Positions 9,689-17,704 are shown, numbered from the stretch's first letter. The stretch: DNA of 32,000 nucleotides from Stella vacuolata (GCA_006739055.1 AP019702.1:2535388-2567387), one strand, 5' to 3'. Notes: generated by a model not told the origin, from the letters alone. Program-made: numbers and translations.

Positions 9689-11593
9689 ATGGCCGCCACG
9701 TTCAAGACCAACCCCTTCAGCCTGAACGAGCTTCTGCAGAATTGCGAGCGGGGCAGCCTCCAGTTGCCGGACTTCCAGCGCAGCTGGGTGTGGGACGAGG
9801 ATCGCATCAAGAGCCTGATTGCATCCGTGTCCCGTTCCTTCCCGATCGGGGCGTTGATGACGCTGGAGACGGGCGGGGCGGTCGATTTCCGGCCGCGCCC
9901 GGTCGAAGGGGCGCCCGAGGCCGCGAAGGCGCTGCGTCCGACGGCGCTGTTGCTGGACGGACAGCAGCGGATAACGTCGCTCTACCAGGTCGCCATGCGC
10001 GGCGACGTGGTGGAGACGATCACGCCGAAGAAGAAGCGGGTGCGCCGGTGGTTCTACGTCGACATCCGCAAGGCGGTGGATCCGAACGCCGACCGTGAGG
10101 ACGCCATCGTCTCGGTCCCCGAAGACAGGCGCATCACCGAGGAGTTCGGCCGCAATGTCGTTCTCGATCTGTCGTCGCGGGAGCTTGAGTTCGAAGCCCT
10201 GATGTATCCGATGTCGATGGTGTTCCGTTGGGACGACTGGATCATGGCGTTCACCGACCATATCCGCACCCGGGAGGATTTCCACGAGCAGTGGAAGACG
10301 ATCATGGAGTTCAAGAAGTCCGTGATCGACAGCTTCACCCACTATCAGGTGCCGGTCATCACCCTGACCGACGGCACATCCAAGGAGGCGGTCTGCACCG
10401 TGTTCGAGAAGGTGAACACGGGCGGCAAGCCGCTCGACGCCTTCGAGCTGGTGACCGCCATGTATGCGGCCGAGGGTCATGAGCTGCGCCGGGACTGGTA
10501 CGGCAAGGGTGGGGAGCGGGGCCGCCAGCACCGATTCGTCAATGCGTTGCGCCAGGCCGACGAGGAGGCGGGCATCCTGGCCGAGGTGTCCAATACCGAC
10601 TTCCTGCACGCCATCTCGCTCTTTCACACCCGCGAGATGCGCCGGTCGGCGGAAGCCGCCGGACGACAGGGGCGGGACCTGCCGGCTGTCTCCGGCAACC
10701 GGGCGGCGATCCTGAACCTGCCGCTCGACGCGTACCGGAAGTACGAGCGACAGGTCGAGGCCGGCTTCCTGCGGGCCGGCAAGTTCCTGCACACGCTCAA
10801 CGTCTACCGGGTGTTCGACCTGCCGTACCAGACGCAGGTCGTGGCCCTGGCAGCGATCCTGGCGGAGATCGGCGACGCCTGGGAACACGAAGCCAATCGT
10901 GCCCTGCTCGTGCGCTGGTACTGGAACGGCGTCTTTGGCGAACTCTACGGTTCCACCGTCGAGACCCGGATCGCCCGGGACTTCCTGGAGGTGCCGGCCT
11001 GGCTCGATGGCGGGCCGCTGCCCACCACCATCTTCGACGCCAACTTCCGGGCCGAACGGCTCGGCACCATGCGCATCCGGATATCGGCTGCCTACAAGGG
11101 CGTGAACGCGCTGCTGATGAAGGCGGGGGCGGAGGATTTTCGGTCCGGCCGGAAGTTCGACCATACGGTCTTCTTCGGCGAGAACGTCGACATCCACCAC
11201 ATCTTCCCCAGAAGCTGGTGCGAGGCGCGCGGGCTGAAGCCCAGCGTCTACGATTCCATCATCAACAAGACGCCGCTCGCCTATCGCACGAACCGGATCA
11301 TCGGCGGCGCGGCGCCGTCCGTCTACCTCGCCCAGCTGGAGGCCGGCAACGCGCGGACGCCGGCGATCTCCCGGGCCAATCTCGATCGCTATCTCGCCAG
11401 CCACCTGATCGATCCGGTCCTGCTACGGGCAGACGACTTCGACGCCTTCATGCGCGACCGGACGGCCCGTCTGCTGGCGCTGATCGAACAGGAGATGGGC
11501 AAGACGATCGACCGAGGCGTTGCGATCGAAGATGATGACGCCGAGACCGACTCCGAGACCGCCGAGGCGGCGCTGACCATGCTGGCGGCCTGA
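9689..11593 (+). CDS. GmrSD-like DUF262 + DUF1524 (His-Me finger) protein; candidate type IV (modification-dependent) restriction / defence nuclease
   Basis: 634 aa. The N-terminal DUF262/ParB-like NTPase motifs are 'LQLPDFQRSWVWDEDRI', 'LLLDGQQRITSL' (aa 88-99) and 'FEKVNTGGKPLDAFEL'. The C-terminal nuclease-like region has 'DIHHIFPRSW' (aa 501-510) followed by 'INKTPLAYRTNRIIG'. The long antisense ORF 9668..11404 is a shadow. Confidence 0.8.
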   Translation: MAATFKTNPFSLNELLQNCERGSLQLPDFQRSWVWDEDRIKSLIASVSRSFPIGALMTLETGGAVDFRPRPVEGAPEAAKALRPTALLLDGQQRITSLYQVAMRGDVVETITPKKKRVRRWFYVDIRKAVDPNADREDAIVSVPEDRRITEEFGRNVVLDLSSRELEFEALMYPMSMVFRWDDWIMAFTDHIRTREDFHEQWKTIMEFKKSVIDSFTHYQVPVITLTDGTSKEAVCTVFEKVNTGGKPLDAFELVTAMYAAEGHELRRDWYGKGGERGRQHRFVNALRQADEEAGILAEVSNTDFLHAISLFHTREMRRSAEAAGRQGRDLPAVSGNRAAILNLPLDAYRKYERQVEAGFLRAGKFLHTLNVYRVFDLPYQTQVVALAAILAEIGDAWEHEANRALLVRWYWNGVFGELYGSTVETRIARDFLEVPAWLDGGPLPTTIFDANFRAERLGTMRIRISAAYKGVNALLMKAGAEDFRSGRKFDHTVFFGENVDIHHIFPRSWCEARGLKPSVYDSIINKTPLAYRTNRIIGGAAPSVYLAQLEAGNARTPAISRANLDRYLASHLIDPVLLRADDFDAFMRDRTARLLALIEQEMGKTIDRGVAIEDDDAETDSETAEAALTMLAA

Positions 11594-11688
11594 GGGGCGC
11601 GGTGGGTCGTTCCAGCGGCAGGCTGCGCCTGCTGGTGGCTCCCGACGATTGCATTTCGCGCAGATATGCACGAGGAAGCGCTTGTAAA

Positions 11689-11706
11689 TCGCGCAATAAT
11701 GCGCGA
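11689..11706. promoter_or_regulatory. Perfect inverted repeat TCGCGCA-ATAA-TGCGCGA immediately upstream of hicA; candidate HicB operator
   Basis: A 7+4+7 palindrome ends 2 nt before ATG 11709. A third near-copy, TTCGCGCA, is at 11655..11662. It overlaps TTGTAA/TAATGC promoter-like hexamers. Confidence 0.3.
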
Positions 11707-11708
11707 GG

Positions 11709-11933
11709 ATGGCGGTTGTGAACGGCGCTGAGTTCCTGCGCAGGCTTCGCAAGCTGGCTAAGGACGACGGTGTCGTCGCCGCCTACGATCCGAACCACGG
11801 CAAGGGCAGTCACGGCCGGCTCTTCTATGGTGATCGGTTCACGGCGCTGAAGGATCCGAAAAAGGAGATCGGCAGCGGGCTCTTGAACAAGATGCTCCGC
11901 GACCTTGGCATCAACCCGGACCGGCTCCGCTAG
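11709..11933 (+). CDS. hicA: HicA-family toxin (mRNA interferase)
   Basis: 74 aa. 'EFLRRLRKLAKDDG...GKGSHGRLFYGDRFTALKDPKKEIGSGLLNKMLRDLGI' fits the HicA/YcfA dsRBD-like pattern with the catalytic 'GSH'. The toxin-first order with hicB 31 nt downstream is typical. An alternative GTG start at 11718 has better spacing from GAGG. Confidence 0.8.
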   Translation: MAVVNGAEFLRRLRKLAKDDGVVAAYDPNHGKGSHGRLFYGDRFTALKDPKKEIGSGLLNKMLRDLGINPDRLR

Positions 11934-11964
11934 GATGCCGGCGCCGCCGACCGGAGAAGTGGCC

Positions 11965-12399
11965 ATGCGCTACGTCTATCCCTGCGAAGTCACCACCGAT
12001 GAAGACGGGCGGTTCCTGGTGACGTTCCCGGATGTCCCGGAGGCTGGCGACGACGGTGCGACCCTCGCCGAAGCCATGGCCGATGCGGCCGGTTCTCTAG
12101 TCGCGGCTCTGCAGGGATACGTCCAACTCCGCCGGCCGATCCCCCCGCCGTCGAAAGCGAAGCGCGGTCAGGGCAGCATCGCCGTGCCGCCGCTCGCCGC
12201 CGCCAAGCTGGCCCTCTATCAGGCCGTGCGGGAGCGCGGCATCAGCAACGTGTCGCTGGCGCCCATGCTCGGCCTGTCGAGCGAATCCGAGGTCCGCCGG
12301 CTGCTCGACCTGGAGCACCGCTCCCACATCTCCATGGTGGCCGCGGCGCTCGCCTTGATGGGTAAGGAAATGGTGGTCGAGATTCGCGACGCCGCGTAG
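11965..12399 (+). CDS. hicB: HicB-family antitoxin with C-terminal DNA-binding domain
   Basis: ORF 11905..12399 trimmed to ATG 11965 (RBS GGAGAA at 11953..11958). 'MRYVYPCEVTTDEDGRFLVTFPDVPEAGDDGATLAEAMADAAGSLVAAL' is the HicB N-terminal fold. 'SESEVRRLLDLEHRSHISMVAAALALMGKEMVVEI' is the C-terminal tail seen in alphaproteobacterial HicB proteins. Confidence 0.8.
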   Translation: MRYVYPCEVTTDEDGRFLVTFPDVPEAGDDGATLAEAMADAAGSLVAALQGYVQLRRPIPPPSKAKRGQGSIAVPPLAAAKLALYQAVRERGISNVSLAPMLGLSSESEVRRLLDLEHRSHISMVAAALALMGKEMVVEIRDAA

Positions 12400-12480
12400 C
12401 GGGGCTACGTGGCGGTTGGCGCGCGGGCGGCCTGCCTGCCGATATCGAGCGCGCCAGATCCAAGGGGACACAGGTTTGAT

Positions 12481-12861
12481 CTACCGCCCGTGGTCATACT
12501 CGCAGGTGTAGCTTCCGGGGACCCCCTTCAGCGTGACGCCAAAATTCCTGCGGCTGTGGAGGTCGTATCGACAGAGCTCCCACCAGGTTCCGTCGGTGTA
12601 CTGGACGTAGACCATGTCGATTTCGACGTCCTGCCCATCGATCGTCTCGGGAATCGATATGCTTTCGGAAAAGCCGAGCGTGAAGTGGGTGGTCCATTTG
12701 CTCATCGGGGGCTGATTTTTGGCCGAATACTCGACAAGTCCGCGCATAATGAAGCCGGACTGGTTCTTGAACGTGACCACGAAGTCTGCCGCGGCTGGTC
12801 GCGCCGCGCCGGTGATCGCCACGGCCATCATCCCGGCCGCCATGCAGAGTATCGCCCGCAT
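12481..12861 (-). CDS. Small secreted hypothetical protein (signal peptide, two Cys), no family recognised
   Basis: ORF 12481..12960 trimmed to ATG 12861 (RBS GGGGGA). MRAILCMAAGMMAVAITGAARPAAA looks like a Sec signal. The mature part is beta-rich ('DFVVTFKNQSGFIMRGLVEYS...VYVQYTDGTWWELCRY...SYTCEY'). It uses many A/T-ending codons compared with its neighbours. Confidence 0.55.
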   Translation of the reverse strand: MRAILCMAAGMMAVAITGAARPAAADFVVTFKNQSGFIMRGLVEYSAKNQPPMSKWTTHFTLGFSESISIPETIDGQDVEIDMVYVQYTDGTWWELCRYDLHSRRNFGVTLKGVPGSYTCEYDHGR

Positions 12862-12969
12862 ACCGTCCCCCATCGCGCCCCGGCTCCCGGCCGGCGGCCT
12901 AATAATAGCGGCAACAGTTTCTACTGAAAATCGCAATCGGTCTGGACTGATCCATGCCACCCTCGGTGG

Positions 12970-15186
12970 CTAAGGCTCGCCGAACGCCTGCATCTGCCGC
13001 CGCGTCGCCTCCGGCACCCGGTGGCGCTCGGCGGTGCCGCGGACGTAGCGGTCGAGGCGCTGGGCGAGGTCGGCCAGGAAATCGAGCGGGCCGTCGCTGC
13101 CGGTAAGGCGGGGGCGGCCGCCGTGGGGGCGGTCTAGGGTGAAGCCGGTGGCCGCGCGGACGGACGGGGCGGCGGCTTCGCCCGTGGCGTCGCTGCGGAA
13201 GGCAGGCGCGGCGGCCGTCGCCGGGCGGGCGGCGCGGATGCGGACATGCTCGCGGGTGATCTCGACCGGCAGCGGGCCGGAGAAGCGCCCGTCGCCGGCG
13301 GCGGGGCCGAGGTCGAGCCCGGCCGCCTCCAGCGTCAGCAGGGCGCCGTCGAAGGCGGGCGACAGGGTGGCCTCGGTCAGGGTGACGAGGCCGCCCGCCA
13401 GGTCGAAGCGGGCGGCGGTCAGGGCCGGCTGGCCATTCTCCAGCTGGAAGGTGAGGGTGCCGTCGGTGAGCGGCAGGCCGACATCGGCCAGGCCGACCGA
13501 GACGGTCTGCGGACCGACGGTCGACAGCGGCGCCATCCGGTCCAGCGCCACCACCCCGTTCAGCCGCTCGATGCGCCCGAAGGGCAGGGTGCCGGCGACG
13601 TCGCGCAGCAGCACGCGGCCGTCGGCGCGGGCGCCGTCCGGCGCCCAGGCCAGATCCCAGCGGGCGGCGACGCTGCCGCGAGTTTCGCTCGCCACCCGGG
13701 CGGCGGCCGGCGAGAGGGCGGCCAGCGCCCCCGGCCGGGCGAGGTCGACCGGGCGCAGGCGCAGCCGGGCGCGGCCGGCGGCGATGCCCGCCGTCTCGCC
13801 CTCCACCTCCATGGCGGGCTGGCCGGGCGCGCCGCCGATGGTGCCGGCGAAGCGGGCGCCGGCGAGGGTGCCGGTGCCGGACAGCAGGACCGGCACCGGC
13901 GCGAACCAGGGCGGGTCGGCCGAGGGCGCGAGGCGGTCGGCGGCCAGCTCGAAGCGGGGCGGCCCTTCTTCCCAATGCACGGTCAGGCGCACCCCTTCGG
14001 CGCGGATGCCGCTTGCGGTCAGGACGAGGCGGGGAATTCGGGCCTCGGACTGGCCGCGCGTGCCCTCGGGGCCGATCGTGCCGTCGATGGCGACCTGCCC
14101 GCCCTCGATGCGGGCCGGGCCGGCCGCGGTCGCCACCATGGTCGGGCGCAATGCCAGGCGCAGGGCGTGGACGAGGCGGATGCCGTCCGGTGCCGCCAGG
14201 AGGCGCAGCGCCGGCTCGTCGCCCGGCTCGATCCGCACGTCCAGCGACAGGGGGGCGGCGTTGCGCACCGGGCGATCGAGGAAGGACAGGCTGCCGGGGC
14301 GCGACAGGCGCAGCGCCGCACCCTCCGGGCCGCCGGTCACGTCGAAGGCACTCTCGACGGTGAAGCGCCGCCCCTCCAGGTCGATGCCGGCCAGCGAGGC
14401 AAAGGCGGTGGCCCCTTCGGAGACGAGGCGCAGGCGGGCGCGCTCCAGCCCGGTGCCGTCCGGCGCCCGCCCGCCCGCCTGCAGGTCGAAGTCGAAAACC
14501 GGCAGCGGGCCGCCGCTGCGGCCGATCGAGATGTCGCCCGCCAGTGATTCCAAGGTCAGGCCGGGCAGGCGGATCACCGCCTCGCGCACGCGCAGGCTGG
14601 CGGCGGTCCGGCCCTCGGCGTCCGGCGCCAGGCGCAACTCGCCGCCGAAGGCGCCGGCGGTGCTGGTGGCGACGACCGAGACCGCGCCTTCGAGCGCGCC
14701 TGAGGCCGTCTGCACCAGCGCGCCGCGCAGGGTCGCGTTCCAGTCGCCGCCGGGGGCGGCCAGCGCCACGCGGGCCTCGCCGAACTCGATATGGGCGATG
14801 CGCAGACCGCTCGCGGTGCGCAGCGCCTGCTCGGCGCGGACCAGCGACAGGGCCGTCTCCCGCGCCCCGCCCTCGATCGACAGCCCTTCCAGGAGCACCG
14901 CGTAGAGGTCGCCGCGCAGGGCGGCGAGCGGCGTGTAGCGCACGGTCACCCGCTCGGCCGAGACGGCCGGCAGCCGCAGCCCCTCGATGCGGGTCTCGAA
15001 CGGGCCGACCCGGCGCACGTCGAGTGCCGCCCCGGCGAAGCCCTGCGCCTCCAGGCGCGCGATCAGCATCCGTTCGACGATCCAGGGGGCGGCGAGCCAC
15101 AGGCCGGTACAAGCGGTGACGAGGGCCAGTGCCGCCCACCAGCCTCGCCGCCGCCGCGGGCGCGGACCGGGTTCGGCCGTGCTCAT
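12970..15186 (-). CDS. Large N-terminally membrane-anchored protein, possibly YdbH/AsmA-like
   Basis: 738 aa. It has an Arg-rich N-terminus followed by a TM helix (WWAALALVTACTGLWLAAPWIV) and a long repetitive beta-strand-like body. The C-terminal segment 'DLAGGLVTLTEATL...LTLEAAGLDLG...GRFSGPLPVEI' is reminiscent of the YdbH family as I recall it. The coding call is solid (extreme GC3, 2.2-kb ORF); the family call is weak. Confidence 0.5.
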   Translation of the reverse strand: MSTAEPGPRPRRRRGWWAALALVTACTGLWLAAPWIVERMLIARLEAQGFAGAALDVRRVGPFETRIEGLRLPAVSAERVTVRYTPLAALRGDLYAVLLEGLSIEGGARETALSLVRAEQALRTASGLRIAHIEFGEARVALAAPGGDWNATLRGALVQTASGALEGAVSVVATSTAGAFGGELRLAPDAEGRTAASLRVREAVIRLPGLTLESLAGDISIGRSGGPLPVFDFDLQAGGRAPDGTGLERARLRLVSEGATAFASLAGIDLEGRRFTVESAFDVTGGPEGAALRLSRPGSLSFLDRPVRNAAPLSLDVRIEPGDEPALRLLAAPDGIRLVHALRLALRPTMVATAAGPARIEGGQVAIDGTIGPEGTRGQSEARIPRLVLTASGIRAEGVRLTVHWEEGPPRFELAADRLAPSADPPWFAPVPVLLSGTGTLAGARFAGTIGGAPGQPAMEVEGETAGIAAGRARLRLRPVDLARPGALAALSPAAARVASETRGSVAARWDLAWAPDGARADGRVLLRDVAGTLPFGRIERLNGVVALDRMAPLSTVGPQTVSVGLADVGLPLTDGTLTFQLENGQPALTAARFDLAGGLVTLTEATLSPAFDGALLTLEAAGLDLGPAAGDGRFSGPLPVEITREHVRIRAARPATAAAPAFRSDATGEAAAPSVRAATGFTLDRPHGGRPRLTGSDGPLDFLADLAQRLDRYVRGTAERHRVPEATRRQMQAFGEP

Positions 15187-15319
15187 GCGTCGACCCGCTT
15201 CCCTTGCCGATGGCCGTGCCGCGCCTGCCGCATGCCTGCCTCGCCCGAGCGATCCCCGGGCCTATTCTAGCCCGACAATCTTTGCGGGCAGCAAGAGCCG
15301 TGCCGGTTGCCGCCCTGTC

Positions 15320-15610
15320 TCACACGACGTCGAGTTCGGCCAGCAGGGCCGCCGCCTCGGCCGGGTCGCCGGCGCCGGGGTCGCGGCGGATGGTGAACTG
15401 GATGGCGTTGCCCGGCTCGTAGACGCGGAAGCGGGTGACCCATTCGACCGGGATGCGCAGCAGGTCGGCGATGCTGTCCGGCGTCAGCAGGGCGGCGTCG
15501 CGCACCTGCTCGAACTGGCCGCGGTCGTGGAAGATGACGTCGAAGGCGGCATGGTCGGCGCCTGCGGGCCGGGAACGGATGGCGGATGCGATCTGGCCCA
15601 GCGTGGGCAT
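15320..15610 (-). CDS. Hypothetical protein, 96 aa, no family recognised
   Basis: ORF 15320..16129 trimmed to ATG 15610 (MPTLGQIASAIRSRPAGADHAAFDVIFHDRGQFEQVRDAALL...). It has host-like GC3-rich codon usage throughout and is divergent from the amidase operon. Confidence 0.5.
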   Translation of the reverse strand: MPTLGQIASAIRSRPAGADHAAFDVIFHDRGQFEQVRDAALLTPDSIADLLRIPVEWVTRFRVYEPGNAIQFTIRRDPGAGDPAEAAALLAELDVV

Positions 15611-15804
15611 GGGGGCGGTCTCCGGGATGGCCGCCGCGGCGCTTGCGTCAGCCCGGCACCATGGCCGCTTCCGGCAGCCGGATGCAACGGGCCTGATGGT
15701 CCGGCCGCCGGCGCGAGAGTCCGCTTGATCCCCTTCGCCGTTCCGACCGACATTTCCCGTGCCTCCCGTTCTCGTAGTCCGCCGCCTGCCGCAGGAGACG
15801 ACGC

Positions 15805-16005
15805 ATGCCCGATCCCGCCCCCCGCCTGACCCTCGAGCAGTTCCGGGCGCGCATGGAATGGGGCGGCATCCCCTACGCGCCGGAGCGGCTGGAGGCGCTG
15901 CATGGCGCCTATCTCGACCTGATGGTCCTGGCCGACCGCATGCGGCGCGGCTATTCCTATGCCGACGAACCGGCCTCGGTGTTCCCGCCGGAGGGCCGGC
16001 GATGA
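15805..16005 (+). CDS. Small AtzG/GatC-like (DUF4089-like) amidase accessory peptide
   Basis: 66 aa, with RBS AGGAG 8 nt upstream of ATG 15805. 'LTLEQFRARMEWGGIPYAPERLEALHGAYLDLMVLADRM...ADEPASVFPP' resembles the small partners found in front of AtzE-type amidases. Its stop overlaps the amidase start (ATGA, 16002..16005). Confidence 0.5.
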   Translation: MPDPAPRLTLEQFRARMEWGGIPYAPERLEALHGAYLDLMVLADRMRRGYSYADEPASVFPPEGRR

Positions 16006-17396
16006 CCGAGGCCCTGCATTTCCTGTCGATCGACGCGGCCGGGCGGCGGATCGCCGACGGCAGCCTGTCGCCGGTCGACCTGGTGCAGGCGGTGGCCGAC
16101 CGCATCGCCGCGGTCGATCCCGCCATCAACAGCTACGTCACCCCGACCATCGACGCCGCGCTGGCCTGTGCCCGCACGGCCGCGGCCGAGATCGCGGCCG
16201 GCCGCCGGCTGGGGCCGCTGCACGGCATCCCGGTCGGCATCAAGGACATCTTTGCGACTGCCGGCGTGCGCACCACCGCGCATTCCCACATCCTGGCGGA
16301 CAACGTCCCGACCGAGGACTGCGTCGCCGTCGCCCGGTTGAAGGCGGCGGGCGCGGTCGTCATGGGCAAGCTCGCGACCCACGAGTTCGCCTTCGGCGGG
16401 CCGGACTGGACGTTGCCGTTCCCGCCCGCCCGCAACCCGTGGAACCGGGAGCACTTCACCGGCGGGTCGTCGTCCGGGTCGGGTGCCGCGGTGGCGGCGG
16501 GGCTGTGCCTGGGCGCCATGGGCAGCGACACCGCCGGCTCCATCCGCATGCCGGCCGCCTTCTGCGGCATCGCCGGGATCAAGCCGACCTATGGCCGGGT
16601 GTCGCGCCGCGGCGTGGCGCCGCTCGCCTTCAGCCTCGACCATGTCGGGCCGATGTGCTGGACCTCGCGCGATGCCGCCCTGATGCTGCAGGCGATCGCC
16701 GGCCACGACCCGCACGACCCGGCCTCGGCCGACGTGCCGGTGCCGGACTATGCCGCGGCCCTGACCGGCGACATCTCGGGCCTGCGCGTCGGCGTCGTCC
16801 GCCATTTCTACGAGGAGGACGACCGGGCCGACGCCGAGGTGCTGGCGGCGATGGATGCCGGCCTCGACGTGCTGCGCGGCCTGGGGGCGACGGTCGAGGA
16901 CGTCCGGCTGTCCCCGGCGCAGGACTACAGCGCCTGCTGCAACATCATCATGCTGTCGGAAGCCTTCGCGATCCACGAGGCCGACCTGCGCACCCGGCCG
17001 GAGAAGTTCGGCTGGATCCTGCGCGACCGGATGATCCTGGCCAGCCTGCTGACGGCCGCCGACTACGTCCAGGCGAACCGGGCCCGGCGCCAGCTCGCGG
17101 CCGAGATGGAGGCGGCACTCGACCGCTTCGACGTGCTGGTGACGGCCGGTGCCTGGTCGGCGGCACCGCGCATCGACGCGATCTCGCCCTATTACCTCTT
17201 CCGCCGTCCGCTGTTGACCGCGCCCTGCGACGTGACCGGGCTGCCTGCCCTTTCCGTGTGCAACGGCTTCTCGGCCGGCGGCCTGCCGCTCGCCATGCAG
17301 GTGTTCGGCCGCCGCTTCGACGAGGCGACGGTGCTCAAGGTCGGCGACGCCTACGAGCGGGCGACACCGTGGCGCGGCCGGCGGCCCGTATTGTGA
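16002..17396 (+). CDS. Amidase-signature (AS) family amidase, AtzE/GatA-like
   Basis: ORF 15759..17396 trimmed to ATG 16002 (MTEALHFLSIDAAGRRIADGSLSPVDLVQA..., 464 aa). Motifs: 'LHGIPVGIKDIF' (catalytic Lys), and the AS signature 'FTGGSSSGSGAAVAAGLCLGAMGSDTAGSIRMPAAFCGIAGIKPTYGRVS'. Confidence 0.9.
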   Translation: MTEALHFLSIDAAGRRIADGSLSPVDLVQAVADRIAAVDPAINSYVTPTIDAALACARTAAAEIAAGRRLGPLHGIPVGIKDIFATAGVRTTAHSHILADNVPTEDCVAVARLKAAGAVVMGKLATHEFAFGGPDWTLPFPPARNPWNREHFTGGSSSGSGAAVAAGLCLGAMGSDTAGSIRMPAAFCGIAGIKPTYGRVSRRGVAPLAFSLDHVGPMCWTSRDAALMLQAIAGHDPHDPASADVPVPDYAAALTGDISGLRVGVVRHFYEEDDRADAEVLAAMDAGLDVLRGLGATVEDVRLSPAQDYSACCNIIMLSEAFAIHEADLRTRPEKFGWILRDRMILASLLTAADYVQANRARRQLAAEMEAALDRFDVLVTAGAWSAAPRIDAISPYYLFRRPLLTAPCDVTGLPALSVCNGFSAGGLPLAMQVFGRRFDEATVLKVGDAYERATPWRGRRPVL

Positions 17397-17409
17397 TGGC
17401 GATTGGCTT

Positions 17410-17691
17410 GTGACGGCGACCGTCCGGATCCGGCGCGGCGGGCAATGGGCCGAGTTCCCGTGCCCGGACGGCGAGTCGCTGGTGGATGCGGGCCTCGCCG
17501 CCCGCATCTACCTGCCGGCCAGCTGCCGCAGCGGCACCTGCGGCACCTGCCTGGTGCGGCTGGTGGAGGGCGGGGTGCATATGTCGGCGGAGGCCTGGGC
17601 GCTGTCTGCCGCCGACCGCGAGGACGGCTTCATCCTCGCCTGCCAGTCGACCCCGGCGACCGACATGGTGGCGCTCGACTATGACGATTGA
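17410..17691 (+). CDS. Plant-type [2Fe-2S] ferredoxin
   Basis: 93 aa with a GTG start 14 nt after the amidase stop. The cluster ligand pattern is 'SCRSGTCGTCLVRL' (C-x4-C-x2-C) plus a distal Cys in 'FILACQS'. Confidence 0.8.
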   Translation: MTATVRIRRGGQWAEFPCPDGESLVDAGLAARIYLPASCRSGTCGTCLVRLVEGGVHMSAEAWALSAADREDGFILACQSTPATDMVALDYDD

Positions 17692-17704
17692 GGAAGGGGA
17701 CGCC

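Noticed and set aside
9668-11404. 578-aa minus-strand ORF opposite the DUF262/DUF1524 gene
   Set aside because: It has no recognisable motifs and no RBS context. The plus strand carries DGQQR, FEKVNTGG and HHIFP motifs and a GAGGA RBS, so this is an antisense shadow.
9636-12940. Shared 8-mer ATCGCAAT near both edges of the low-GC islet (about 9638..9645 and about 12930..12937), considered as att-like direct repeats
   Set aside because: It is too short to distinguish from chance, the flanking bases diverge, and no integrase is present. Islet boundaries need comparative genomics.
15187-15319. Promoter-like hexamers upstream of the YdbH-like gene (TTGCTG ... TAGAAT, minus strand, -10 at 15269..15264)
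   Set aside because: The -10 is good but the spacer is 19 nt and the -35 is poor. That is not enough evidence to list it as a feature.
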